Positions 1-9,406 of a DNA stretch of 25,571 bases are shown here, in pieces. A program made the position numbers and the translations under genes. The stretch's first letter is position 1; each line of letters begins with the position of its first letter. This DNA comes from Armatimonadota bacterium. Lineage in GTDB: Bacteria > Sysuimicrobiota > Sysuimicrobiia > Sysuimicrobiales > Humicultoraceae. Where the stretch lies: positions 1 through 25,571 of the forward strand of contig JBQTJP010000068.1 in NCBI GenBank assembly GCA_052386995.1, written 5' to 3'. The notes below the pieces were generated by a model. That model worked only from the letters and a program-made list of their open reading frames with translations. It searched no databases and had not been told where the DNA came from.

Positions 1-248
1 GCCATCTGGGGCACCAGTTTCCACTGGCCGTCGAAATCCACCATGCCGACGAACAGCGACGTGAGCACCTCGCCGCTGACCAACATCGAGGAGAACGCCC
101 GAATGAGCAGGTCGGGCTCCTGGGCCAGGCCGATGACCACCGTATCGAGGCGAGGGGCCGAATGCGCGGCAGGAGCCAAGACCATCGGCAGTGCGGCGAA
201 GATCGCGAGGCACGCCTTGAGAAAACGGCCGGCACGCCTGAGGCTCAT
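1..248 (-). CDS. Peptide/nickel ABC transporter substrate-binding protein (family 5), 5' part; runs off the left edge
   Basis: Not in ORF track. Manual translation from ATG at 248: MSLRRAGRFLKACLAIFAALPMVLAPAAHSAPRLDTVVIGLAQEPDLLIRAFSSMLVSGEVLTSLFVGMVDFDGQWKLVPQM. Signal peptide plus the SBP_bac_5-type 'VIGLAQEPD...LF.G.V..D.....VP' N-terminus; SD GAAAGGAAGG upstream. Confidence 0.85.
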   Translation of the reverse strand, partial: MSLRRAGRFLKACLAIFAALPMVLAPAAHSAPRLDTVVIGLAQEPDLLIRAFSSMLVSGEVLTSLFVGMVDFDGQWKLVPQM

Positions 249-298
249 CGGTCCACCTTCCTTTCTCACGGCGATGTGATGACGGTGGGGCCTTCCAA

Positions 299-616
299 CT
301 AGCGATACGGCGTTCGGTAATAGATCGTATCTTGATCGTAGAACCCCAGCGGCGCCTCGCTGAAGTTGGCCAGCGTGTTGCGGAACGCCGGCTGGGTCAA
401 TTGGTTCGTAAAGTAGATCAGCGGAACGTTCTCCGCGACGATCTCCTGCCACCGGTTGTACAGTTGCCTGCGCTTGTTCTGGTCGATCGTCGTCGCGCCC
501 TGGTCGAAGACCCGATCGATCTCCGCCTCCCAATCGGTCGCCGGCTTCTCCTGCTTTGGCCACCATACGTGCAAGGACCCGCTGGACTTCCAGATGCTTT
601 GTGAGTTGTGTGGGTC
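299..616 (-). pseudogene. 3' fragment (~105 codons) of a family-5 ABC substrate-binding protein; 5' part missing
   Basis: DPHNSQSIWKSSGSLHVWWPKQEKPATDWEAEIDRVFDQGATTIDQNKRRQLYNRWQEIVAENVPLIY...* matches the OppA/DppA-type C-terminus. There is no plausible start; the upstream part of the listed 299..889 ORF is off-frame Uma2 sequence. Confidence 0.8.
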
Positions 617-986
617 ACATTGCCTGTTTGCGCCTCCGATCGAAGCCGAGCGTGCTGTCGGCGATTTCGACCACCAAAACCGCCGTCGTCGGGTGTTGCT
701 CGCGATAGTCATCCAGCGACCCGGGCACGACAGCAATGTCTGGCTCGGGTTCAGAGTATGTCCCGGCTGCCAAAGGGAGTTGTGCCCTGACATCATGGCC
801 TTCGTGGAACGTACCGTCGAGGGCCTTTTGAAGGCGGCGCACGGCTGTCGCATGACCTGCGCTTTGAGGCGGCATCTCGACGATCTCACCCTGGACGAGC
901 TGGACGCGGGCCTCCGGGTGAAGTGCGCCGGCCGCTACCAAGCGATCGTACTCTTCCCGGGTCCACTGCTTGGTTCGCACGCTCAT
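615..986 (-). pseudogene. Uma2/DUF820 family PD-(D/E)xK endonuclease, C-terminally truncated
   Basis: WTREEYDRL...VQLVQGEIVEMPPQ...EPEPDIAVV...LVVEIADSTLGFDRRRK are typical Uma2 motifs. The ORF stops at 123 aa, just before the usual 'YA.AGIPEYW' segment. SD GGAGGA upstream. Confidence 0.8.
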
Positions 987-1006
987 GGCGATCCTCCGCG
1001 CCCCAT

Positions 1007-1015
1007 AGCATAGCA
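1007..1015 (-). promoter_or_regulatory. Candidate extended -10 promoter (TGCTATGCT) for the Uma2 gene
   Basis: TGnTATGCT about 20 nt upstream of ATG 986, followed by the SD. Confidence 0.4.
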
Positions 1016-1093
1016 GGACGGAGAGGCCCTGATCTCTCTCGCACTACTCATCGGCCGTCTGCCCGCACCGTATAACCTCTTCCCGCTTTTTCG

Positions 1094-1945
1094 CTACTTA
1101 GAATATTCGTAGAACCCCTTCCCGCTCTTCCGTCCGAGCCAGCCGGCCGTCACCATCTGCTTCAGCATGACCGGCGGAGCCCACCGCTGATCCTTGGTCT
1201 CCTGGTACATGGCCTCGGCAATGTAGTAGGTCGTATCGAGCCCGACGAAGTCCAGCAGCGTGAGCGGGCCCATCGGATGATTAAGGCTCAGGGTGACCGC
1301 CGAGTCAATATCCTCTTTCGTGGCCAGGCCTTGCTCGAAGATCCGGACCGCGTCGAGCAGATATGGGACAAGCAGCCGGTTCACGATGAAGCCGGGGGAG
1401 TCTTTGGCGACGACGATCTTCTTGCCGAGCGATTCCGCGAAGGCGCGCGCGGTCTGCAGGGCCTCTTCAGAAGTCGCCAGGCCACGCACGATCTCGACCA
1501 CCGGCATCACCGGCACCGGATTCATGAAGTGCATGCCCACCACGCGATCAGGCCGGCCCGTCACTGCCGCCATCTCGGTGATCGACAGCGACGACGTGTT
1601 GCTGGCCAGCAAGACGCCGGGACGGATGAGGCGGTCGAGGTCGCCCAGGACTTTCTTCTTGTCGTCCATGCGCTCGATCACGACCTCGATCGCCAGGTCT
1701 ACGTCCGCCAGGTCGGCCAGCGTCGTCGTCCCCCGGATGCGCCCGCGGGCCGCGACGCGGGCGCCGGCATTGAGCTTCTTGCGCTCGACCGCCCGCTGCA
1801 TCGACGCGTCGATGCGCGCGAGTCCCCGCTGCAGCAGGTCGGGCGTGAGCTCGTGCACCACGACGTCGTACCCCGCGCGCGCCACCGTCTCGACGATGCC
1901 GGACCCCATCAGGCCGCACCCCACGATGCCTACACGACGGATCAT
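1094..1945 (-). CDS. hbd: 3-hydroxybutyryl-CoA dehydrogenase
   Basis: True start MIRRVGIVGCGLMGSG (GxGxxG) at 1945 with SD GGAGGAG; ASNTSSLSI, GMHFMNPVPVM, PGFIVNRLL, HPMGPL, GRKSGKGFY motifs. ATGA overlap with pdp. Confidence 0.93.
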   Translation of the reverse strand: MIRRVGIVGCGLMGSGIVETVARAGYDVVVHELTPDLLQRGLARIDASMQRAVERKKLNAGARVAARGRIRGTTTLADLADVDLAIEVVIERMDDKKKVLGDLDRLIRPGVLLASNTSSLSITEMAAVTGRPDRVVGMHFMNPVPVMPVVEIVRGLATSEEALQTARAFAESLGKKIVVAKDSPGFIVNRLLVPYLLDAVRIFEQGLATKEDIDSAVTLSLNHPMGPLTLLDFVGLDTTYYIAEAMYQETKDQRWAPPVMLKQMVTAGWLGRKSGKGFYEYSK

Positions 1946-3330
1946 GCGCTCCTCCCTCCAGTCCGTTCGGTCTTCGCCTGGCCGCGCCTCGGCCTTGCCG
2001 TTGCCTTCGAGGGCGCGACCGCCTCTGCTCCCACGGCGTCGAGGATCAGCGGACGCGCCGGGGGCGCTTTCGCGCCGATGGTGTACGCCGCGGCAACCTC
2101 CGAGGCGGCCCGCTCGGCTGCGCTTGCGGTTTGCGCGTGCACTACAGCCAGACTCTCGCCCACCTCTACCACCGCGCCCAGGGAACGCTCGAGCACGACG
2201 CCGACGGCCGAATCGATCGCATCGCCCTTTGTGGCGCGGCCCGCGCCCAGCCGCATCGCGGCCATTCCGACCGCCGCGCCATCGATCCCCGTGACAACGC
2301 CCGAGGCCGGCGAGGGAACCGGCACCCGTACCGCTGCGCGCGGGAGGCGCGACGGATCCCACACCGCGGCCACGTCGCCCCCCTGCGCCTCCACCATCGT
2401 CGAGAACTTCACCATCGCTTCTCCACTGCGAAGGCGCCGCCGCAATTCCACCGCGCCATCCTCAGCGGAGCGTGCCTTGTCCCCCAGCACCAGCATCCAG
2501 CCACCCAGCGTGAGGCAAAGGTCCTCAAGATCCTTGGGCCCTTCCCCGCGCAGCGTGGCGACCGCCTCCGCGACTTCCAGGGCGTTCCCCACGGCTCGCC
2601 CCAGCGGGTGTTCCATGGCGCTGATGACGGCGAGCGTCCGCCGGCCGAGGGCGCGGCCGATCGCCACCATGGCCTCAGCCAGGGCGCGGGCCTGGGCTTC
2701 GCTGTGCATGAACGCGCCGCGGCCGCACTTCACGTCGAGCAGAATCGCCCCGGCGCCGGCCGCGAGCTTCTTCGACATGATGCTGGCGGCGATCAGGGGA
2801 ATGCTGTCGACGGTCGCGGTGACATCCCGCAGCGCATAGAGTTTCGCATCCGCTGGAACCAGCCGCGCGGTCTGACCCGCGATCGCGCACCCAATCTGCT
2901 CGATCTGGGCGATGAACTCGGCCTCGTCGAGCGCGGTTCGAAAGCCGGGGATCGACTCGAGCTTGTCGAGCGTGCCGCCGGTGTGTCCCAGACCACGGCC
3001 GGACAACTTGGGGACCGGCACGCCGGCCGAGGCCACCAGCGGCACCAGCACCAGCGATGTCTTGTCCCCCACCCCGCCGCTGCTGTGTTTGTCCACGGTG
3101 CGCGCGGCGAGCGGGCCCAAGTCGAGCGTGGCGCCTGACGCAACCATGGCGCTGGTGAGGGCGGTTGTTTCCTCCGGGGACATTCCGCGAAAGTACACCG
3201 CCATGAGAAACGCCGCCATCTGGTAATCGGGAATGGTCCCGTCGACGAAGCCGCCGATCAGCCCCTCGATCTCCGCGGCGTCCAGTGTGCCGCCGTTGCG
3301 CTTCTTAAGAATGATGTCGTAGGCTCGCAT
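1942..3330 (-). CDS. pdp: Pyrimidine-nucleoside/thymidine phosphorylase
   Basis: Starts MRAYDIILKKRNG at 3330; VDKHSSGGVGDK, KLSGRGLGHTGGTLDKLESIPG, LRDVTATV, SIMSKKLAAG, DVKCGRGAFM. Confidence 0.95.
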   Translation of the reverse strand: MRAYDIILKKRNGGTLDAAEIEGLIGGFVDGTIPDYQMAAFLMAVYFRGMSPEETTALTSAMVASGATLDLGPLAARTVDKHSSGGVGDKTSLVLVPLVASAGVPVPKLSGRGLGHTGGTLDKLESIPGFRTALDEAEFIAQIEQIGCAIAGQTARLVPADAKLYALRDVTATVDSIPLIAASIMSKKLAAGAGAILLDVKCGRGAFMHSEAQARALAEAMVAIGRALGRRTLAVISAMEHPLGRAVGNALEVAEAVATLRGEGPKDLEDLCLTLGGWMLVLGDKARSAEDGAVELRRRLRSGEAMVKFSTMVEAQGGDVAAVWDPSRLPRAAVRVPVPSPASGVVTGIDGAAVGMAAMRLGAGRATKGDAIDSAVGVVLERSLGAVVEVGESLAVVHAQTASAAERAASEVAAAYTIGAKAPPARPLILDAVGAEAVAPSKATARPRRGQAKTERTGGRSA

Positions 3331-3332
3331 TA

Positions 3333-4154
3333 TCACGGCAGCAGATTCACGATGCTTCGCACGAGGGCGACAAACGCGGGCTCGATGCGCCGCATCGTGG
3401 CAATGACCTCTTCGTGCGTCACAACCGCCGCCGCTTCCCCGGTCGCCATGTCGGCGATGGCGCTGATCCCGAGCACGCGCATGCCGCAGTGCCGCGCCGT
3501 GATGACTTCGTGCACCGTGGACATGCCGACCGCGTCGGCGCCCCAGCGGCGCATCATCCGCAGCTCGGCCGGGGTCTCGTACGACGGCCCCGATACCCCG
3601 ATGTACACGCCCTTGCGCAGCGTCACGCCGGAGCGAATCGCGGCCTCCTCGGCCAGTGTGATCAATTCGGCATCGTAGGCCGCCGACATGTCCGGAAATC
3701 GCGGCCCACAATCGTCTTCGTTTGGCCCGATGAGCGGGTTGGTGCCCATGAAGTTGATATGATCGGTGATGATCATGAGATCCCCGGCCCGAAAAACGGG
3801 GTTGAGGCCGCCGGCGGCGTTGGTCACAATCAATGTCTGGGCTCCCAGGGCGCGCAGCACGCGCACGGGGAACACCACCTGACCCATCGCGTAGCCCTCG
3901 TAGAAGTGGGCCCGCCCCTGCATCACGGCCGACGGATGTCCCTCGAGAGTGCCGATAAGCAGGCGGCCGGCGTGGCCTTCGACGGCCGGCCTGGGGAAAT
4001 GGGGAATCTCCTCGTAGGGAATGACGGCGTCGGCGCGCACGTGTTCCGCCAGCGCGCCAAGGCCTGACCCCAAGATGATGCCGGCCAGCGGTGCTCGATC
4101 GGCGCGCCTTTGAATCGCCGCCGCGGCCTCCTGCGCTCGGGCGGCCCAGGTCAT
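3333..4154 (-). CDS. punA: Purine nucleoside phosphorylase, trimeric (PNP-I/XapA) family
   Basis: GIILGSGLG, GHAG, QGRAHFYEG, TNAAGG, DHIN, GPSYETPAE, DAVGMST; lies between deoB and pdp. Confidence 0.93.
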   Translation of the reverse strand: MTWAARAQEAAAAIQRRADRAPLAGIILGSGLGALAEHVRADAVIPYEEIPHFPRPAVEGHAGRLLIGTLEGHPSAVMQGRAHFYEGYAMGQVVFPVRVLRALGAQTLIVTNAAGGLNPVFRAGDLMIITDHINFMGTNPLIGPNEDDCGPRFPDMSAAYDAELITLAEEAAIRSGVTLRKGVYIGVSGPSYETPAELRMMRRWGADAVGMSTVHEVITARHCGMRVLGISAIADMATGEAAAVVTHEEVIATMRRIEPAFVALVRSIVNLLP

Positions 4155-5347
4155 CGGCGCACCGCGTCCTGCGCGCGGTCATCGACCGCAAGCAGGCTCC
4201 AGAAACTGTCGCCCGGTCCGGTCCAAGGGCAGGCGAAGGCCTCGGCGACGGTCGCCCCCACGTCGGCGAAGCTCGATCGCTCACCCAGGCGCACGCCCGT
4301 GCCTAGACCCGGACGCCACGCGAGCACGGGGACGCGCTCGCGGGAATGATCGGTGCTGGACGTCGTCGGGTCGTTCCCATGGTCGGCGGTAATAATGAGC
4401 AGGTCCCCCGCCCGCGCGACGGCGAGCACCTCGGGCAGATGCGCATCGATCGCCTCCAGGTGGCGCGCATAGCCCGATGCGTTGTTCCTGTGGCCGTAGA
4501 CGCTATCGAGCTCGACCAGGTTGGTGAACACCAAGCCGTGGTCCAGCGCCTTGGCGACGTCGACGGTCTGCGCGATCCCGTCCATATCGTCCCGCGTGTG
4601 CACGGCGCGCGCCAGTCCCCGTCCGGCGAAGAGGTCTTCGATCTTGCCGACCCCGATGACCGGGACGTCGCGGCCCGCCAGCACGTCGAGGACGGTCGGG
4701 CCCGTGGGCTCGAGCGAGAAGTCGCGGCGCCGGTGGGTGCGTACCAACGCGCCGGGTTTCCCCACGAACGGGCGCGCGATCACCCTGCTGACGGCGTGTT
4801 CACCCTGTAGGATCGAACGTGCGATGCGGCACCACTCGTACAACTGCTCCACCGGCACAATCTCCTCGTGTGCGGCGATCTGGAACACGCTGTCCGCGGA
4901 CGTGTACACGATCGGCGTGCCGGTGCGCAGGTGCTCAGGCCCGAGCATCTCGATGATCTGCGTGCCCGACGCCGGGATGTTGCCGAGCGTCTTGCGGCCG
5001 ATGGCGGCCTCGAATGCCTGGATGATCTCAGGGGGGAACCCGTGCGGGTACGTCGGGAAGGGGCGGGTGAGCTGCAGGCCCATCAACTCCCAGTGTCCCG
5101 TGGTGGAGTCCTTGCCTGCCGAGCACTCGAGGGCAATCCCTGCGGCCGCCTGATGATCGGCGATCGGCTTCACTCCCGCGATGGCGTCGAGCGTCCCCAG
5201 GCCGAAGCGCTCCAACACCGGCAGCCGCATCCCGCCCGCCGCCCCTGCGGCATGGCCGAGCGTGTGGCTCCCTTCGTCGCCGTACGCGGCGGCGTCGGGG
5301 AGCGCCCCGATGCCGCACCCATCCAGCACGAGCACGATCACGCGCAC
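4151..5347 (-). CDS. deoB: Phosphopentomutase
   Basis: VLDGCGIG, GKDSTTGHWE, YTSADSVFQIAAHE, RVIARPF, YGHRN, TADHGNDPT, DHSRE. Confidence 0.96.
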   Translation of the reverse strand: MRVIVLVLDGCGIGALPDAAAYGDEGSHTLGHAAGAAGGMRLPVLERFGLGTLDAIAGVKPIADHQAAAGIALECSAGKDSTTGHWELMGLQLTRPFPTYPHGFPPEIIQAFEAAIGRKTLGNIPASGTQIIEMLGPEHLRTGTPIVYTSADSVFQIAAHEEIVPVEQLYEWCRIARSILQGEHAVSRVIARPFVGKPGALVRTHRRRDFSLEPTGPTVLDVLAGRDVPVIGVGKIEDLFAGRGLARAVHTRDDMDGIAQTVDVAKALDHGLVFTNLVELDSVYGHRNNASGYARHLEAIDAHLPEVLAVARAGDLLIITADHGNDPTTSSTDHSRERVPVLAWRPGLGTGVRLGERSSFADVGATVAEAFACPWTGPGDSFWSLLAVDDRAQDAVRR

Positions 5348-5350
5348 GCG

Positions 5351-6313
5351 TCAGACCCGGTCGGGCGCCGCCCGAATCGCCATCCCATCACGGGGATGCG
5401 CGCGCCGGTACGACTCGCGCAGCCTCGCGCGAGTAAGGTGTGTGTAACGCTGCGTGGTGGCGACGCTCGCGTGCCCCAGCATCTCCTGCACCGCGCGCAG
5501 GTCCGCCCCACCGTCGAGCAGGTGTGTGGCAAACGAGTGCCGGAGGGTGTGGGGACCGAGCGGCCTTCGAATGCCGGCGGCCGAGGCATAGCGCCGCAAG
5601 AGCATCCACACGCTCTGCCGCGAGAGGCGTCGCCCGCGTCGGTTTAGGAACAGCGCGGCCTGCGCGCGGCCGGCGGCAGCGGCCAGGGCGGGGCGGCCCG
5701 ACGAGACATACTGTTGCAGCGCGCGAACCGCCGGCGTCCCGATCGGCACGACGCGTTCCTTCGATCCTTTCCCGAGGCACCGGACATATTCGGTGGCGAG
5801 CTGAATGTCCCCGACGTCGAGGGCCGCGAGCTCGCTGACCCGAAGCCCCGCCGCGTAGAGCAGCTCCATGATCGCGCGATCGCGCAGCGCCCGGGGGCCT
5901 GACCCGTGCGGCTGGGCGAGGAGCCGTTCCACCTCCTCAACCGTCAGGATGCCCGGCAGGCGGCGTGGCAGCCGGGCCGGTCGCAGATCGAGGGCCGGAT
6001 CATCGCCGATCAATTCCTCACGCAGCAGAAACGACGTCCAGCCGCGGATCGCCGCCAGCCGTCTGGCGACCGAGCTCGGCGCAAGTCCGCGGCGGCGAAG
6101 TGTCAGCAGATACAGCGCTATCGTCGACCGATGGACGTCCTCCGGCCTCAAGACACCGCGCCGGGCCGCGAATTGGATGAAATCACCGAGATCGCGCGCG
6201 TACGCGTCCACCGAGTGGCGGGCGAGACCGCGCTCGGTGAGAACGTAGGCGAGATAGGCCTCACGGGCGGAGGCCATCGGACCGGAGGGCGGCGATGCGC
6301 GGCGAGGACCCAT
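5351..6313 (-). CDS. xerD: Site-specific tyrosine recombinase XerD
   Basis: Catalytic R (GLRVSE), K (GKGSKER), HTLRHSFATH, LGHA and Y (TQRYTH) are intact; nudF-xerD-deoB synteny. Start at 6313 (TAATG overlap) or 6277. Confidence 0.9.
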   Translation of the reverse strand: MGPRRASPPSGPMASAREAYLAYVLTERGLARHSVDAYARDLGDFIQFAARRGVLRPEDVHRSTIALYLLTLRRRGLAPSSVARRLAAIRGWTSFLLREELIGDDPALDLRPARLPRRLPGILTVEEVERLLAQPHGSGPRALRDRAIMELLYAAGLRVSELAALDVGDIQLATEYVRCLGKGSKERVVPIGTPAVRALQQYVSSGRPALAAAAGRAQAALFLNRRGRRLSRQSVWMLLRRYASAAGIRRPLGPHTLRHSFATHLLDGGADLRAVQEMLGHASVATTQRYTHLTRARLRESYRRAHPRDGMAIRAAPDRV

Positions 6314-6864
6314 TACCGCGCCCGCTCGCCGGTGTCCGGCACGCTCAACGCCAGCAGGAGCCCTACCAGCGATTTGCCGTCACGAATCTCGCCTGCCTCG
6401 ATGAGCGAACGGATGCGCTCCAGCGGCACGCGTTCGACCCGCAGCCCTTCTTCATCGACAGGCGCGGTGACCCGATGGGGCGACAGGCCGCGGGCGAGGA
6501 AGATGGTGATGGCCTCGGTGAGAATCCCAGGCGACGGCACGAAGGTCACCAGGGGCGTCATGACGTCGGCGCGAAATCCCGTCTCTTCAGCGAGTTCTCG
6601 CCGCGCGCATGCAAGCGGACTCTCGCCGGGGTCGAGTTTGCCCGCGGGGATCTCCAGCAACGTGCTCTCGACGGTCTTGCGATACTGGCGGACGAGCACC
6701 ACCTCGCCGGCATCGGTCAGCGGGACGATCGCCGCGGCTCCGGGATGCTCGATGATCTCACGGTGCCCGATCCGGCCGCTGGGCAGCCGGACGTCGTCGA
6801 TGCGCACCGTGGCCACCTGACCGCGGAACACCAGGCGCGAAGAAATCGTGGGCTCGTCGCTCAC
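6313..6864 (-). CDS. nudF: Nudix hydrolase, ADP-ribose pyrophosphatase type
   Basis: Nudix box GKLDPGESPLACARRELAEETG; EHPGAAAI, VRQYR, LEIPAG, IRDGKS. Confidence 0.88.
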   Translation of the reverse strand: MSDEPTISSRLVFRGQVATVRIDDVRLPSGRIGHREIIEHPGAAAIVPLTDAGEVVLVRQYRKTVESTLLEIPAGKLDPGESPLACARRELAEETGFRADVMTPLVTFVPSPGILTEAITIFLARGLSPHRVTAPVDEEGLRVERVPLERIRSLIEAGEIRDGKSLVGLLLALSVPDTGERAR

Positions 6865-7763
6865 CGCCGAGGAGAAGGCGCCTCTTCGGGGAACACGGGC
6901 GTTCCGCTGCGGCGAACCAGCTCACGGAAGGCGGCGGTGAGGCGCTGCGTCACCGGTCCGGGGCGCCCGTCACCGATCTGCCGTTCGTCGATCTCCACCA
7001 CGGGAGCGACTTCGGCCCCGGTGCCGGTGAGAAAACACTCGTCGGCCGCGTACACGTCGTACAGGGTGAAGATACGCTCGGTCGCGGGAATGCCCAGGTC
7101 GGCCGCCAGGCCGAGCACCACGTCTCGCGTCACGCCCTGCAGCAGACCCAGGTGCGGGGCTGGGGTCCAGACCTCGCCGCGCTCGACGACGAACACATTG
7201 TCGGCGCTACACTCGCAGACGTATCCGTTGGGGTTCAGCATCAGCGCTTCGTCGGCACCGGCTTGGTTGGCCTCGATGCGGGCGAGGATATTGTTCAAGT
7301 AGTTCAGCGATTTGATCCGCCCGTTGAGGGCGTCGGGAGCCGGGCGGCGCACGGTGGCGGTGATCATCCGCAGGCCGCGCTCGTAGGCCTCTTTGGGATA
7401 GAGCTGGATGGCATCCACGATGATGACAACCGTGGGACGCGGGCACTTGCGCGGATCGATGCCCAGGTCACCCGCGCCGCGGCTGACGACCGGACGGATG
7501 TAGGCGTCACGCAAACCGGAGGCGCGCACGGTGTCGACGATCGCCTCACGCATGGCCTCGCGGGATAGTGGGATCTCGAGCAGGATGTGCCGCGCCGAAG
7601 AGTACAGCCGGTCGAGGTGCTCCTCGAGCTTGAAGATCCTGCCCCCGTAGACACGGATTCCCTCAAAGACCCCGTCCCCATAGAGGAACCCGTGGTCGTA
7701 CGCAGGGATCAGCGCCTCATGCTTCGAGGTGATCCGACCGTTGATGTAGACGGCACCGCTCAT
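6861..7763 (-). CDS. ilvE: Branched-chain amino acid aminotransferase (PLP fold IV)
   Basis: [52 protein letters not shown]. Confidence 0.93.
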   Translation of the reverse strand: MSGAVYINGRITSKHEALIPAYDHGFLYGDGVFEGIRVYGGRIFKLEEHLDRLYSSARHILLEIPLSREAMREAIVDTVRASGLRDAYIRPVVSRGAGDLGIDPRKCPRPTVVIIVDAIQLYPKEAYERGLRMITATVRRPAPDALNGRIKSLNYLNNILARIEANQAGADEALMLNPNGYVCECSADNVFVVERGEVWTPAPHLGLLQGVTRDVVLGLAADLGIPATERIFTLYDVYAADECFLTGTGAEVAPVVEIDERQIGDGRPGPVTQRLTAAFRELVRRSGTPVFPEEAPSPRR

Positions 7764-9406
7764 GTCGGCACCTCCTCAGCAATCGAGCTCGTCACGACCG
7801 CGGTCCGATCAAGGGCGGCCCGGATGAACGCCCGGTAGAGCGGGTGCGCTCGATTCGGCCTCGACTCGTACTCGCCATGGAATTGGGTACCGACGAACCA
7901 CGGATGCCCTGCCAGCTCGATGATCTCGACCAGATCCTGATCGGGATAGATGCCGGTGATGCGCATGCCGTGCGCTTCCAGGATCGGACGGTACAGGTTG
8001 TTGACCTCGTATCGATGGCGGTGCCGCTCGCCGACTTCGAGCACACCGTATGCCGCGGCCGCGAGCGACCCTGGGGAGAGCCGGCATGGATACTGACCAA
8101 GCCGCATTGTCCCTCCTTTGGCGACGATTCCTCGCTGTTCGGCGAGGAGCGAGATGACCGGATGCGGCGTCTGAGGGTCGACCTCGGTGGTATTCGCCCC
8201 TTCCAGCCCGCAGACATGCCGCGCGAACTCCACGACGGCCCACTGCATTCCGTAGCAGCTACCCAGGAAGGGTACGTTGTGCTCGCGCGCGTACTGAATC
8301 GCGCGCACCTTGCCCTCGACGCCTCGAGATCCGAAGCCGGGCGGCACCAGGATCCCGTGGTGCCCGGAGAGCTCTGAGTGAAGCGTGGCCTCATCCCACC
8401 GCGCGATGTGCTCCGAGTCGATCTTCGTGACGTCCACGCGGCAGTTGTGCGCGATGCCGCCGTGATGCAGCGCCTCCACGACGCTGACGTAGGAGTCTTC
8501 GACCCCCATGTACTTCCCGACAATCGCGATCCGCACCGTGCCCTGCGGGTGGCGGATCCGGTGCACGATCTCCCGCCACTCCGCCAGATCGGGCTCGGGA
8601 ACGTCGAGACCCAGCCGCCCGACCATGATGCGCCCGAGTCCTTCATCCTCGAGGATGAGGGGCACTTCGTAGATGCTCTGCGCGTCAACCGCCTGGATCA
8701 CCGCTTCGGGCTCGACGTCGCAGAACAGGGCAATCTTCTCCTTCAGTCCACGGCCGAGCGGGCGTTCGGTGCGGCAGAGGATCACGTCGGGCTGGATGCC
8801 GATGCCGCGCAACTCCTTGACACTGTGCTGCGTCGGTTTGGTCTTCAGCTCTCCGGCCGCGCGCAGATACGGAATGAGGGAGACGTGAATGTACATCACA
8901 TGTTCCTCGCCCACCGCGCGGCGAAACTGCCGGATCGCCTCCAGGAACGGCAGACCTTCGATGTCGCCGACGGTGCCTCCGACCTCGACGATCACAACAT
9001 CGGCGTCGGTGGACCGCGCGAGGCCCCGGATCTCGTCCCTGATCTCGTTCGTGACGTGAGGAATCACCTGCACCGTGCCGCCCAGATACTCGCCCCGCCG
9101 TTCACGGGCAATGACGGCATTGTAGATCTTGCCCGTGGTGGTGTTGTTCGCCCGCCCGAGGCGCTCGTCGATGAACCGCTCGTAGTGCCCCAGATCCATG
9201 TCCGTTTCGGCGCCGTCGACCGTGACGAAGACCTCGCCGTGCTGGTGGGGGTTCATCGTACCGGCATCCACGTTGACGTACGGATCGAACTTGAGCAGGG
9301 TCACCCGGAGCCCGCGGCTCTTGAGCAGGCGCCCGATCGATGCCGCGGTGATCCCCTTGCCCAGCGCAGATGCAACGCCACCGGTCACGAAGATGTATTT
9401 CGTCAC
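7760..9406 (-). CDS. pyrG: CTP synthase
   Basis: [46 protein letters not shown]; glutaminase Cys (GSCYGMQ), [13 protein letters not shown]. Confidence 0.97.
   Translation of the reverse strand: MTKYIFVTGGVASALGKGITAASIGRLLKSRGLRVTLLKFDPYVNVDAGTMNPHQHGEVFVTVDGAETDMDLGHYERFIDERLGRANNTTTGKIYNAVIARERRGEYLGGTVQVIPHVTNEIRDEIRGLARSTDADVVIVEVGGTVGDIEGLPFLEAIRQFRRAVGEEHVMYIHVSLIPYLRAAGELKTKPTQHSVKELRGIGIQPDVILCRTERPLGRGLKEKIALFCDVEPEAVIQAVDAQSIYEVPLILEDEGLGRIMVGRLGLDVPEPDLAEWREIVHRIRHPQGTVRIAIVGKYMGVEDSYVSVVEALHHGGIAHNCRVDVTKIDSEHIARWDEATLHSELSGHHGILVPPGFGSRGVEGKVRAIQYAREHNVPFLGSCYGMQWAVVEFARHVCGLEGANTTEVDPQTPHPVISLLAEQRGIVAKGGTMRLGQYPCRLSPGSLAAAAYGVLEVGERHRHRYEVNNLYRPILEAHGMRITGIYPDQDLVEIIELAGHPWFVGTQFHGEYESRPNRAHPLYRAFIRAALDRTAVVTSSIAEEVPT

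Noticed and set aside
299..889. Listed 196-aa ORF as one intact protein
   Set aside because: The N-terminal ~90 aa are an off-frame reading of the Uma2 gene; only 299..616 is SBP-like.
3331..4284. 780-aa pdp and 422-aa hbd as fusion proteins
   Set aside because: The extensions are off-frame readings of the upstream genes; true starts are 3330 and 1945.
5351..6313. Tyrosine recombinase as the integrase of a mobile element
   Set aside because: XerD-like sequence in the conserved nudF-xerD-deoB context; no att repeats, tRNA or cargo genes seen.
7860..8360. Atypical CTP synthase motifs (PPGFG, GSCYG, FHGE)
   Set aside because: The catalytic Cys-His-Glu triad is retained; treated as ordinary divergence.
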